This document shows positions 46,256 to 56,072 of a stretch of 64,000 nt of DNA, in pieces. The DNA is taken from contig OZ220705.1 of assembly GCA_965116515.1 (NCBI GenBank), forward strand, positions 3,888,331 to 3,952,330, read 5' to 3'. A model generated the notes under the pieces. That model worked only from the letters and a program-made list of their open reading frames with translations. It was not told the origin of the DNA and did not search any database. Each line of letters starts with the position of its first letter. Position 1 is the stretch's first letter. Source of the DNA: Alphaproteobacteria bacterium. Lineage in GTDB: Bacteria > Pseudomonadota > Alphaproteobacteria > SP197. Position numbers and translations under genes: made by a program.

Positions 46256-46645
46256 CTAACCGGTCCTTGCGGCCCGATATCTTGAATGCAGGAGCGCCGG
46301 GTCCTCTTCAGGGGGGAGTTCCGTCCGCACCCGGGCCGGGAGTGCGGAACGCACGATGCGATAGGACACGGAAAGGCGCTGCCACAGTTGGTCTTCCGCA
46401 CAGTCAAGAGGCAGGTTTATCCATGAGCGGTGGAAGTACCGCGCTTTTCTCCCGACACCAGCATCGATCAGCATCGTCGCCGTCTCGATACTGTCGGTCT
46501 TGACGGAAACGCCGTCATCGGATGCCCCCATGCAGGCAAACATCTTGCCGCCAACTTTCCAGGCGTCATGGCCGTCTCCCCAGGGGTCCGTATCCACGGC
46601 ACCCGGAAAGACAGCGCACATCGCATTGATCGTCGTCCGGCCCAT
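46256..46645 (-). CDS. MmcQ/YjbR-family protein
   Basis: DTDPWGDGHDAWKVGGKMFACMG resembles the YjbR family core (PFG..FKV.GK.FA). Confidence 0.5.
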   Translation of the reverse strand: MGRTTINAMCAVFPGAVDTDPWGDGHDAWKVGGKMFACMGASDDGVSVKTDSIETATMLIDAGVGRKARYFHRSWINLPLDCAEDQLWQRLSVSYRIVRSALPARVRTELPPEEDPALLHSRYRAARTG

Positions 46646-46775
46646 GTCCTCATCAACTCCGTCGTGTCAGCCGCAGGATCAATACACTCTCGTGGAAGCG
46701 GGTGCGACTCGCATTGGCTGATGCGACAGGGCAGACTCACCATCACATGTGAATTGACGACTGGAGTTTGATGTC

Positions 46776-47696
46776 ATGGAAACTGCTAGGAAGTTGTTGT
46801 TCGCCGCCGGCGCGGCCCTCCTGTTCACGGTACCGGCCGGGGCGGACGTCCCCGAATCGGAGAGGCCTATCATCGTTCCATTGCACAACTGGACCGGCGC
46901 CCAGATCTCCTCGACCGTTTCGGGAGAGATTCTCAGGCGCATGGGCTACAATGTCGAGTACGTGGCGATCTCCGCGCTGGCCGCGCCTCAGGGAATCGCC
47001 GACGGCGAGATCACCTATTCGCCCGAGTTGTGGAGCAACAACCTGGGTGATGTCTATCCGGTCATGATCGAGAACGGCGACATCGTCGACATCGGTGACC
47101 TGGGACTCGATGCCCGGGAAGGCTGGCTCTATCCACTCTATGTCGAGGAGGAGTGCCCGGGTCTGCCCGCTTGGGAAGCCTTCCTCGATTGCCACGAGCT
47201 CTTTGCCACCACCGAGACCATTCCCAACGGCCGCTTCCTTGACTACCCGTCAGAATGGCGCAGTCGCGGCGGCGATCTCATTCGCGAACAGGAGCTGCCG
47301 TTCGATGTTGTTCCCGCGGGCAGTGAAGGAACGATGATCGCGGAACTCAATTCGGCAGTGGAACGCGAGGCACCGCTCGTCATGATGTTCTGGGCCCCCC
47401 ACTGGGTCCTGTCCGTTCACGAGACCGGATGGATCGACATTCCGGAGGACCTGGTGAACCAGTACAGCATGCACAAGCCGCGCATCTTCAAGGTCGTCTG
47501 GCCCGGGACTCACGACGAATGGCCAGTGGCGGCCCGGTTCCTCGAGAGCTTCACGCTCGCGAACGGGCCTCAGGAAGTCATGATGGATCTGATCGACAAC
47601 CAGCAACAGGATCTCATCGAAGTGACGAACCGGTGGCTCGACGACAACGTGGACGTCTGGCAGCCAATGGTCGACGCCGCCATGGCAGGTTCCTGA
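46776..47696 (+). CDS. Periplasmic glycine betaine/choline-binding protein, ChoX/OpuAC family (orphan; no cognate permease or ATPase adjacent)
   Basis: Signal peptide METARKLLFAAGAALLFTVPAGA. Collinear resemblance to ChoX-type proteins as I recall them (VPLHNWTGAQISSTV..., LVMMFWAPHWVL...). Confidence 0.65.
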   Translation: METARKLLFAAGAALLFTVPAGADVPESERPIIVPLHNWTGAQISSTVSGEILRRMGYNVEYVAISALAAPQGIADGEITYSPELWSNNLGDVYPVMIENGDIVDIGDLGLDAREGWLYPLYVEEECPGLPAWEAFLDCHELFATTETIPNGRFLDYPSEWRSRGGDLIREQELPFDVVPAGSEGTMIAELNSAVEREAPLVMMFWAPHWVLSVHETGWIDIPEDLVNQYSMHKPRIFKVVWPGTHDEWPVAARFLESFTLANGPQEVMMDLIDNQQQDLIEVTNRWLDDNVDVWQPMVDAAMAGS

Positions 47697-47708
47697 TCAC
47701 CAACTGAC

Positions 47709-47744
47709 CAGACAGTGCCGGGGTTCCAGCCCCGGCACTGTCTG
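47709..47744. terminator. Bidirectional terminator hairpin: perfect 16-bp inverted repeat CAGACAGTGCCGGGG-TTCC-CCCCGGCACTGTCTG between convergent genes
   Basis: Read directly. 13 nt after the stop of the + gene at 47696 and 37 nt after the stop of ffh. Confidence 0.7.
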
Positions 47745-47780
47745 ATGATCCGGACGAGGTGGTTGTGGTCCTGGTCCCGT

Positions 47781-49181
47781 TCAGGGGAACTTCAGTCCGC
47801 CCGGCATGTCGATGCCGGACAACGGGTTCCCGGATTCAGGTATCTCGAAGCCGGGCGGAAGTTGGCCTCTCTTCGCCATCCTTCGAACCTTCTTCATGCT
47901 GCCGTTCATCTGGGCATGCATTTTCATGACTCTGTTGACATCCTGGATACGGGTGCCTGAACCGGCGGCGATGCGCTTCTTGCGGCTCGCGTGAATGATG
48001 CGCGGATCACGGCGCTCGGCCGGGGTCATGGACGAGAGGATCGCCTCGATGCGGCCGAGCGCAGACTCGTCGAGTTTCGAGGCCTCCATCTCCCGGCGCG
48101 CCCGGGCAACGCCGGGCAGCATTCCGAGAAGCCCCTGCATGCCGCCCATCCGACGCAGGTGCGATATCTGCAGGCGCAGATCGTCGAAGTCGAGTCCCTG
48201 CCCGGACTCCATCTTCCTTGCCAGCTTCTGCGCATCCTCCTCTTCCACGACCCGGGCAGCCTTTTCCACCAGGCTGACGACGTCGCCCATGCCGAGAATC
48301 TGGCCGGCGAGGCGGTCGGGGTGGAAGGACTCGAGCTGGTCGAGCTGTTCACCGGTTCCCAACAGCTTGATGGGACACCCGGTGACCTGCCGCATCGAGA
48401 GAGCAGCTCCGCCGCGGGCATCGCCGTCAATCCGGGTCAGGACGATTCCGGTAACACCGGCGCTCTCGTGAAATGACCGGGCGCTGTTGACCGCATCCTG
48501 CCCGGTCATGGCATCCGCCACGAACAACACTTCGCGAGGCGAGGCCAACGCCCTGACGCTTGCCAGTTCCTCCATCAGTTCATCGTCGATATGGAGTCGC
48601 CCCGCGGTATCGAGGAGAACCACATCGGTGGCGCTGCGTCGCGCTGCCGTGAGCGCGCGCCGGGCAATGGCAAGGGGGCCTTCTCCGGCTACGATCGGCA
48701 GGGTTGCAACCCCCGCCTGTTCACCGAGAACCGCCAACTGCTCCTGGGCCGCCGGACGGCGGACATCGAGGGAGGCCATCAGGACTTTCCTCCTCCCCTC
48801 CCCTTCCTGGAGCCAGCGCCCGATCTTGGCCGTGGTCGTGGTCTTGCCTGAGCCCTGGAGACCGACCAGCAACATGGCAACGGGGGGATTGCCGGCGAGA
48901 TCAAGTCCGGTGGATTCGGAACCGAGCGTTTCCACCAGGTGGTCATGCACGAGCTTGATGACCTGCTGGGCCGGATTGACGCCCCGCAGCCTCTCCGCAC
49001 CACGTGACCGCTCGCGGACCGTTTCGACAAATTCCCTGGCAACCGAGAGTGCGACGTCGGCCTCTAGCAGGGCGGCACGCACCTCACGCAGAGCAGCGTC
49101 TATGTCGCTCTCGCGCAGGGAGCCCTTGTGCCGCAGCCGGGTAAAGATTTCCTCAAAATTGGTGGTAAGCCTGTCGAACAT
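47781..49181 (-). CDS. ffh: Signal recognition particle protein Ffh
   Basis: MFDRLTTNFEEIF... GLQGSGKTTT ... DTAGRL ... TRIDGDARGGAALS ... M-domain GMGDVVSLVEKA. Collinear with canonical Ffh. Confidence 0.95.
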   Translation of the reverse strand: MFDRLTTNFEEIFTRLRHKGSLRESDIDAALREVRAALLEADVALSVAREFVETVRERSRGAERLRGVNPAQQVIKLVHDHLVETLGSESTGLDLAGNPPVAMLLVGLQGSGKTTTTAKIGRWLQEGEGRRKVLMASLDVRRPAAQEQLAVLGEQAGVATLPIVAGEGPLAIARRALTAARRSATDVVLLDTAGRLHIDDELMEELASVRALASPREVLFVADAMTGQDAVNSARSFHESAGVTGIVLTRIDGDARGGAALSMRQVTGCPIKLLGTGEQLDQLESFHPDRLAGQILGMGDVVSLVEKAARVVEEEDAQKLARKMESGQGLDFDDLRLQISHLRRMGGMQGLLGMLPGVARARREMEASKLDESALGRIEAILSSMTPAERRDPRIIHASRKKRIAAGSGTRIQDVNRVMKMHAQMNGSMKKVRRMAKRGQLPPGFEIPESGNPLSGIDMPGGLKFP

Positions 49182-49199
49182 GGAGACTCCCCTGGGGAT

Positions 49200-49682
49200 T
49201 CAGGTCTCTTCCCGGGCCATCCGATAATGGAAATCGCAGTGGTCGGCACCCTGCATGATGGTCTGCGTACGGCTGAGGCGGATACGTGAATCATAACCTG
49301 TCGCGAATGTCGCGTCCCGATTGCAGGAAAGCTCGAAACCGATGTCTGCCAGCCCCATCGCCCGGTACATTTCCGCATAGCGGCACCGCGTGACGCGATA
49401 AACGTGTTCGTCATCCGTGCTGCGCGAGACCTCGGTCTCAAGGGCGCCATCGGCATCCCAGAGATGCTGGAAGGACAAGAATCCGCGGATTCCCCCGGGA
49501 CCTCCGTTCTTCTCGGCGAACTCGCGTCCCTCGGCGATGGCCGCCTCGACAATCGCCGATGAAAGGATGCGGCGCGCGCGCGCCTCGCCGACCTCGGCCT
49601 TCATGGCCTGCCAGAGCGGCCTGACAACTTCGGCCTGAATTCGCCGCCTTTCGAGAACCGGCAGGCGATTGAGCGTTGTCAT
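49200..49682 (-). CDS. Hypothetical protein, possibly of the L-2-amino-thiazoline-4-carboxylic acid hydrolase-like family
   Basis: C-terminal TGYDSRIRLSRTQTIMQGADHCDFHY. I chose the ATG at 49682 with a GAGGTG RBS. The family assignment is from memory. Confidence 0.35.
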   Translation of the reverse strand: MTTLNRLPVLERRRIQAEVVRPLWQAMKAEVGEARARRILSSAIVEAAIAEGREFAEKNGGPGGIRGFLSFQHLWDADGALETEVSRSTDDEHVYRVTRCRYAEMYRAMGLADIGFELSCNRDATFATGYDSRIRLSRTQTIMQGADHCDFHYRMAREET

Positions 49683-49748
49683 TGGAGTCACCTCGTCTGC
49701 CGGGAGGGCATGGACGCCCGTGGCGTCCGCCCCTATATAGCAACAGCC

Positions 49749-50576
49749 ATGGATCCTGTCAGTTTCGTCAAGATGCACGGCCTGGGCAATGACTTCGTCA
49801 TCATTGACGCCCGGGAACGTGCCGCACCGCTTCCCTCATGCGCGATCCGCACCATTGCCGACCGCCGTGTCGGTGTGGGATGCGACCAGCTCATCCGTCT
49901 CGAGCCTTCGATCACGGGCGATGCCTTCATGCGCATCTGGAATCCGGACGGCAGCGAGGCCGAAGCCTGTGGCAACGGAACCCGCTGCGTCGCCCGGCTG
50001 CTCATGGAAGAGACCGGGAGGGATGACGCCGGCATCGAAACGGAGTCCGGCCTGTTGAAGGCACGCCGGCGTGGAGTCGGGATGTTCGACGTCGACATGG
50101 GCGAGCCCCGGCTCGGCTGGCAGGACATCCCGCTGGCGAGGCCGTCGGACACGCTTCAGGTGGATCTCGGCGATGCCGCACCTTCGCCCGCCACCTGTGT
50201 CAGTATCGGCAATCCACATGCCGTCCTCTTCGTCGAGGACTGCGATGCGGTTGATCTTGCGGCGACCGGACCGCTGCTCGAGGAAAACCCTCTCTTCCCG
50301 CGACGGGCCAACATCAGCTTTGCCTCGGTCGAGACGGAGTCGAGAGTGCGGGCGCGGGTCTGGGAGCGGGGGGCTGGCGCAACACGTGCCTGCGGTTCCG
50401 CGGCCTGCGCCATCGCCGTCGCCGGACACCGGCTCGGCCTCACCCTGCGCCATGTGACGGTGGCCCTGCCGGGCGGTGCCCTCGACCTCGACTGGCGCGA
50501 GAACGGACATGTTCACATGACCGGACCCGCCAGCCTGGTGTGCAGGGGAACGCTCATGCCGGAGATCACGGCATGA
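49749..50576 (+). CDS. dapF: Diaminopimelate epimerase
   Basis: FVKMHGLGNDFVIID ... CGNGTRC ... GNPHAVLFV ... ACGSAACA. Confidence 0.9.
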   Translation: MDPVSFVKMHGLGNDFVIIDARERAAPLPSCAIRTIADRRVGVGCDQLIRLEPSITGDAFMRIWNPDGSEAEACGNGTRCVARLLMEETGRDDAGIETESGLLKARRRGVGMFDVDMGEPRLGWQDIPLARPSDTLQVDLGDAAPSPATCVSIGNPHAVLFVEDCDAVDLAATGPLLEENPLFPRRANISFASVETESRVRARVWERGAGATRACGSAACAIAVAGHRLGLTLRHVTVALPGGALDLDWRENGHVHMTGPASLVCRGTLMPEITA

Positions 50577-51769
50577 GCCATGTGGTGAACTTCGGCTGCC
50601 GACTCAACACCCGGGAGGCGGCAATCATGTCTCGTCACCTGGAATCGGGCGGTGTGGAGAACACGATTGTCGTCAACACCTGCGCCGTGACGGCCGAGGC
50701 CGAGCGTCAGGCGCGCCAGATGGTGCGCCGGCTGCGCCGAGAGCATCCGTCGGCCACCATCGTCGCCACCGGCTGCGCCAGCGAGATCGACCACCAGGCG
50801 TGGACCGCCATGCCGGAGATCGATCGTGTCGTGGCCAACGGCCTCAAGACCCGCCGCGAGACGTGGACCACGGCGCCCGCCCCATCGCGGACCGTACCCC
50901 CGGCAGCGAAGGCCCGGACACCCGTCGAGGTGCAGAACGGGTGTGATCATCATTGCACGTTCTGCATCATCCCCCGCGGTCGCGGCGCCTCGAGAAGCCG
51001 TCCGGCTGAGGATGTCATCAACGATGTTCGAGACATCGTCTCATCCGGGTGCAACGAGGTGGTGCTGACCGGCGTCGACATCACGGCATGGGGCCAGGAT
51101 TTTCCGGACCGGCCCCGCCTCGGTAACCTTGTCCGCGCCATCCTCGCCGGCGTACCCGAACTGCCGCGACTGAGGTTGACCAGCCTCGATGTCGCAGAGG
51201 TCGACGGGACACTCCTCGATGCGATCGCGTGCGAGGAGCGCCTCATGCCCCACCTTCACCTGTCACTTCAGGCGGGTGATCCGATGATTCTCAAGCGAAT
51301 GAGACGCCGGCACACACCGCTTGACGCTGTCCGCTTTTGCCGGAGCGTGCGCCAGCTGCGTCCCGACATCGTGTTCGGCGCCGATCTGATTGCCGGGTTT
51401 CCCACCGAATCGGAAGGCATGTTTGCCAATACCCTGGCCCACGTGGACGATTGTGGCCTGACATGGCTCCATGTCTTTCCCTATTCCGAGCGGCCCGGAA
51501 CACCCGCAGCAAGGATGCCGTCCCTTCCGCGCCAGGTGAGAAAGGAGCGTGCGGCGAGGCTGCGGCAGGCCGGCGTGGCCGCTGCCGTCGCCTGTCTTGA
51601 CTCTCTTGTTGGCTCCACGTCTGCCGTTCTCGTCGAATCCCCGGGCACAGGCCGCACGGAACACTATGCCCCGGTGGCGACGCCCGTGGAACTCGCAACG
51701 GGCAGCATCCATGCACTCGTCCTCACCGGCCGCGACGGTAACAGGCTTCTCACGGGACCCGGCCCGTGA
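50573..51769 (+). CDS. mtaB: Radical-SAM methylthiotransferase, MiaB-like (tRNA t6A methylthiotransferase MtaB-like)
   Basis: N-terminal MTTase Cys residues. Radical SAM CDHHCTFCIIP. 4-nt ATGA overlap with dapF. Confidence 0.8.
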   Translation: MSHVVNFGCRLNTREAAIMSRHLESGGVENTIVVNTCAVTAEAERQARQMVRRLRREHPSATIVATGCASEIDHQAWTAMPEIDRVVANGLKTRRETWTTAPAPSRTVPPAAKARTPVEVQNGCDHHCTFCIIPRGRGASRSRPAEDVINDVRDIVSSGCNEVVLTGVDITAWGQDFPDRPRLGNLVRAILAGVPELPRLRLTSLDVAEVDGTLLDAIACEERLMPHLHLSLQAGDPMILKRMRRRHTPLDAVRFCRSVRQLRPDIVFGADLIAGFPTESEGMFANTLAHVDDCGLTWLHVFPYSERPGTPAARMPSLPRQVRKERAARLRQAGVAAAVACLDSLVGSTSAVLVESPGTGRTEHYAPVATPVELATGSIHALVLTGRDGNRLLTGPGP

Positions 51770-52689
51770 GCAGAGACGGTTGGTTCGCCCGGCTGCGTTC
51801 CGGTCTCACGCGCTCTTCGGACAGGCTGAAGGAATCGATCGGCGCGATCGTCAACGCCAGAAAGCTCGACAGTGCAGCTCTCGGGGACCTCGAGGACGTG
51901 CTGATCGAGGGCGATATCGGAGTGACCACGGCGGCCACCCTGGTGGCGGAACTCTCGCGCCAGCGGTTCAACCGGCAGGTGACGGATGAGGAAGTGCGCG
52001 GCGATCTTGCCGAACACATCGCCCGCATTCTCGAGCCGCTCGCCGTGCCCCTGTGTCCTGATCCCGCCAATCGTCCCCATGTCGTCCTGGTGATGGGAGT
52101 CAACGGGACAGGCAAGACCACGACGATCGGCAAACTCGCGCGGCAGCACCGCGAAAACGGTCTCGCCGTGGTGCTGGCCGCCGGCGATACCTTTCGGGCG
52201 GCAGCCATCGAACAGCTCGGGATCTGGGGCCGCAGGACCGGCGCCATCGTGGTGAGCGGCAAGGAGGGAGGCGATCCCGCAGCCCTTGCCTACACCGCCT
52301 ACCAGACGGCGCAATCGCACAATGCGGACCTCCTTCTCGTCGACACCGCCGGCCGTCTCCACAACAAGCGCCATTTGATGGACGAACTGGTCAAGATCCG
52401 ACGGGTACTGGGCAAGCTGGATGCCAGTGCGCCACACGACCGGGTTCTCGTCGTCGATGCGACCACCGGCCAGAACGCCCACGCCCAAGTCGAGACCTTC
52501 CGCGATGCGTGCGACATCACCGGACTGATCGTCACCAAGCTCGATGGATCGGCCCGGGGCGGGGTCGTCGTCGGTCTGGGCGAACGATTCCAGCTTCCCC
52601 TGCACGCCGTCGGCGTTGGCGAGGGGACCGATGATCTCAAGCCTTTCGAGGCGCGCGAATACGCCCGCTCTCTCATGGGGCTTTCCTGA
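51766..52689 (+). CDS. ftsY: Signal recognition particle receptor FtsY
   Basis: VVLVMGVNGTGKTTTIGKLA ... DTAGRLH ... TKLDGSARGG. 4-nt overlap with mtaB. Confidence 0.9.
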   Translation: MSRDGWFARLRSGLTRSSDRLKESIGAIVNARKLDSAALGDLEDVLIEGDIGVTTAATLVAELSRQRFNRQVTDEEVRGDLAEHIARILEPLAVPLCPDPANRPHVVLVMGVNGTGKTTTIGKLARQHRENGLAVVLAAGDTFRAAAIEQLGIWGRRTGAIVVSGKEGGDPAALAYTAYQTAQSHNADLLLVDTAGRLHNKRHLMDELVKIRRVLGKLDASAPHDRVLVVDATTGQNAHAQVETFRDACDITGLIVTKLDGSARGGVVVGLGERFQLPLHAVGVGEGTDDLKPFEAREYARSLMGLS

Positions 52690-52734
52690 CCACCCCGGGA
52701 CTGCTATTCGTCAGCCTCCATTCAACCGGATACG

Positions 52735-53337
52735 GTGCGCATGACAACACCGGTGCTGTCTGAAGACGAGCGGGACCCCCGTGACAAGACTGCCGCAGCG
52801 GCGAAGATCCTCTTCGACTCCCGCCTGATCCTGCTCTTCGGCGAGATCAACGAAAAGGTGGCGCGCGAGACGGCCGGGCAGCTCCTTGCGCTGAGCGAGA
52901 TCTCGCATGAACCCGTCCGCATGGTGATCAGCTCACCGGGAGGCCATGTCGAGTCGGGCGATGCCATTCACGACATGATCCGCTTCGTCGGCGCTCCCGT
53001 GACGGTCATCGGAACCGGCTGGGTGGCCAGTGCGGGTGTGCATGTCTACCTCGCCGCGGCACGGGAAAGGCGCTACTGCACGCCCAACACCCGTTTCCTG
53101 CTTCACCAGCCCATGGGCGGCATCGGTGGCAGTGCCGTCGACATGGAGATCGAGGCCCGGGAGATCCTGAAGATGCGCGACCGCCTCAATCAGGTCATTG
53201 CCAGCGAGACAGGACAGTCTCTCGAGCAGGTGGCGCGGGACACGGACCGCAACCACTGGCTCACTCCTGAAGAAGCCCGCGACTACGGCATTGTCAGCCA
53301 TATCGTATCAGGAATCGACGACACCAACGCCAGTTGA
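52735..53337 (+). CDS. ClpP-family serine peptidase (orphan, no clpX adjacent)
   Basis: SSPGGHVESGDAIHD, TGWVASAGVHVY (Ser), LLHQP (His) and DTDRNHWL (Asp) are consistent with an intact ClpP triad. Confidence 0.7.
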   Translation: MRMTTPVLSEDERDPRDKTAAAAKILFDSRLILLFGEINEKVARETAGQLLALSEISHEPVRMVISSPGGHVESGDAIHDMIRFVGAPVTVIGTGWVASAGVHVYLAAARERRYCTPNTRFLLHQPMGGIGGSAVDMEIEAREILKMRDRLNQVIASETGQSLEQVARDTDRNHWLTPEEARDYGIVSHIVSGIDDTNAS

Positions 53338-53424
53338 CGCGTTCCCCGGCAGTTGAATCGCGCCGGTCACCGAAACGGCACATCGGTTCTGACCGGCACG
53401 TCCCGCATCGAGCGAATCACCCTG

Positions 53425-53916
53425 CTACGCCCGCGTCGATGCGCGCGGTCGAGCGGTGGCTTGCCTCAGTTCGGGGTCCGGAAAGCCGGGCTTGCTTGCT
53501 TCCCAGTCGGCCATTCTGCCATCGACGATGCGGAACAGCGGATGGAGCCGCCGCGTGGCCGTTTCATTCCATTGCCGCCACGCGGGCGAGCGGCGCGCCA
53601 GCTTCGCCATGAGGTGACGCCACTCGAAGTCGACCTGGCCCCGGGATACGTCAATCACGACTGTCTCTGCGCAGGCCTCGATCTTGGCGCCGTCGAACCG
53701 GTATCCCCGTGACACCGCTTCGACATGGACGGCCCACAGATAACTCCCGATCACCGCCACCGGTGCGGTCTCTTTGCGGAACCGGATCAACTGGGGATGA
53801 TGGCGGTATCCGCTGGTCCTTCCGGCAAGAACGGCCTGGGCAAGAAGACCCTCACGCCACAGGGCCACCAGACCGCTCGCATCAAGATGGCAAGGATGCA
53901 GACTCCACAAGCGCAT
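53425..53916 (-). CDS. Pyrimidine-dimer DNA glycosylase / endonuclease V-like (Pyr_excise family) protein
   Basis: MRLWSLHPCHLDASGLVALWREGLLAQAVL, an N-terminus characteristic of this family as I recall it. Confidence 0.55.
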   Translation of the reverse strand: MRLWSLHPCHLDASGLVALWREGLLAQAVLAGRTSGYRHHPQLIRFRKETAPVAVIGSYLWAVHVEAVSRGYRFDGAKIEACAETVVIDVSRGQVDFEWRHLMAKLARRSPAWRQWNETATRRLHPLFRIVDGRMADWEASKPGFPDPELRQATARPRASTRA

Positions 53917-53918
53917 GC

Positions 53919-56072
53919 CTATGCGGGGACCGTGTGCGCCCGATGCCCGGCAGCCGCCCGCGGCGGAATGGGCCTGTCGGAATGCTTGACTGCCGGCCGG
54001 GGAATCAGCACGGCATCAACGGCCCTCACGAAGTCATCGCCGACGATGAGCGGATTGACGTCCATCTCCGAAATCACGTCCTTCAGCGCGTGGCAGACGG
54101 CCGAAAAGCGGCTGAGCACGACACAGAGCAGGGCAACGTCGCATGGCGGACGGGAGCGTACACCGTCAAGCAGGCGCCGGATCCTGAGTCCGTCAATGAG
54201 ATGTCGGGCCTCGTCGGCGCCGAATGGCGCCAGTGAAGAGGCCTTGTCGTCAAGCAGTTCCACCAGGGTGCCTCCGGCGCCCACCATTACCACAGGGCCC
54301 CATTGGGGATCATTCACCATGCCGAAGGCCACTTCGGTTTGCCCGTGGATCATTTCGGCGACACATAACTCCGGTCCAAGAGACATCAGGGACGTGGCTG
54401 CAGCGCGCACCGCGGCCTCGTCCTTCAAGTCGAGACGAACGCCGCCCCCGTCGGACTTGTGATGGAGTTCCGGGACCGCCGTCTTGAGCACCACCGGATA
54501 TCCGATGTCGCGGGCCGCCGCGGCGGCTTCGTCGGGGGATCGGCAAAACCGGCTCGCGGCGACCGGGATGCCGAAAGCGCCCAGCATGGAGAGGACTTCG
54601 GTTTCGCCAGGGGAATCACCCCCGGCAAGACGTTCCCTCCAGAGCCGGACGAGATCCGGGTCCACGACCTGCGCCACGCCATCGTCAGGTGCCCGTCGAT
54701 CGCGATAGGCGAGAGCGCACTTCACGGCCGTGAGAAGCGGCTTCACACCGTTGATCACCGGCACGCCGCTGTCGAGCATGTCGCTGGCGAAGGCCCCGTT
54801 ATGCGCGAAACCAAGGGAGTTGGTGAGTATGTAGGGCTTTTCCGATTCACCGGCAATCCGCCGCGCCGCCTCGCCGATTTCAGACAGGCCCTCGTGCCGG
54901 TCCGTGCGGAAGTACTCATGGGCAAGGATCGCAACTCCGGGATCCCGTTCGAGAATGCCGGCACACTGGATCATCACGGGTCCGAGACGTTCGTTGTAAC
55001 GACCGGCCGCGTCGAGGGGATTGACCGCCTCAAGTCCGATGTCGAGACAGGACTCGAGAGCGCTGATTGTGGCCCTGGACAGTGGCGCAAACTCAAGCCC
55101 CATGTCACTGGCGAGATCCATCATCTGTTCGCGCAATCCTCCCGAATCGAGAATCGCGGCAAATCCCCCCTCGCCCACGGTCTTTCCGAGACCGAGGATC
55201 TGGGCCGCAGCCATGAGTTCGTCGAGATCGTCCGCGCGCAACACGCCGTAGCGGCGGCACACTGCATCGAATGCCGTGTCGTCTCCGGCAAGGGCCCCTG
55301 AGTGTGTCCGGGCAAGCCGGGCGCTTTCCGGAGTTCTTCCGACCTTCGTGACCACAACCGGAATCCCCCGGTCACGCGCCCTGGCAACGGCCCGCACAAA
55401 GGCGTCCGGATCACGGATCGCCTCGGCAAAGAGCGCCAGAACACGGGTTGTCGGCTGCTCCAGGGCGTAGTCCATGTAGTCCGCGACTGATGCGTTGATC
55501 TCCTGTCCCTGTGACACCAGAAGATTGAAGCGCAACCGGCGTGACTCATTGGCCAGCATGCCGAACACCGATCCCGAGTGGCAGAAGGCCGCGATATGGC
55601 CGGGCACGGTATCGAGGGGCTCCTGGAAACTCGCGAAGGTCCGGGCGTCAAAGTTATAGAATCCCATGCCGTTGCCACCGCACACCGGGACACCCGCCTC
55701 GCGGGCCATCGCCTTCAGGCGTTCGAGAAGTCGAGGTTTCCGGTCGTCATCCAGGAGACAGGCATCGAAGATGACCATTGCCCGGATTCCGGCGCAGATC
55801 GCCTCATCGAAAACCCCTTCCATGCGATGCGCGGCCACCGACAGGATGGCTAGATCGACCGGGCCCGGGAGCTCCGCCATGGAAGCCCTGGCCTCGATTC
55901 CTTCGACGGCGGAATGCCTCGGATTCACCACGACAAGACTGCCAGGGTAACCACCCGCCAGAAGGCTCTTCACCATGAGGTTTCCGACGGAGCCGGGCCG
56001 CGGCGACCCACCGACAAGGGCAATGGATCGGGGCGCCAGCAGAGGCGCAAGCCAGTGAGTGCGTGCCGTCAT
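53919..56072 (-). CDS. Acyl-CoA synthetase (NDP-forming), acetate--CoA ligase [ADP-forming]-like (fused CoA-binding, ligase-CoA and ATP-grasp domains)
   Basis: MTARTHWLAPLLAPRSIALVGGSPRPGSVG (CoA-binding). ATP-grasp region C-terminal. I chose the ATG at 56072 with a GAGGGG RBS. The listed ORF extends to 56435 across the divergent caiD-like promoter and start. Confidence 0.7.
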   Translation of the reverse strand: MTARTHWLAPLLAPRSIALVGGSPRPGSVGNLMVKSLLAGGYPGSLVVVNPRHSAVEGIEARASMAELPGPVDLAILSVAAHRMEGVFDEAICAGIRAMVIFDACLLDDDRKPRLLERLKAMAREAGVPVCGGNGMGFYNFDARTFASFQEPLDTVPGHIAAFCHSGSVFGMLANESRRLRFNLLVSQGQEINASVADYMDYALEQPTTRVLALFAEAIRDPDAFVRAVARARDRGIPVVVTKVGRTPESARLARTHSGALAGDDTAFDAVCRRYGVLRADDLDELMAAAQILGLGKTVGEGGFAAILDSGGLREQMMDLASDMGLEFAPLSRATISALESCLDIGLEAVNPLDAAGRYNERLGPVMIQCAGILERDPGVAILAHEYFRTDRHEGLSEIGEAARRIAGESEKPYILTNSLGFAHNGAFASDMLDSGVPVINGVKPLLTAVKCALAYRDRRAPDDGVAQVVDPDLVRLWRERLAGGDSPGETEVLSMLGAFGIPVAASRFCRSPDEAAAAARDIGYPVVLKTAVPELHHKSDGGGVRLDLKDEAAVRAAATSLMSLGPELCVAEMIHGQTEVAFGMVNDPQWGPVVMVGAGGTLVELLDDKASSLAPFGADEARHLIDGLRIRRLLDGVRSRPPCDVALLCVVLSRFSAVCHALKDVISEMDVNPLIVGDDFVRAVDAVLIPRPAVKHSDRPIPPRAAAGHRAHTVPA

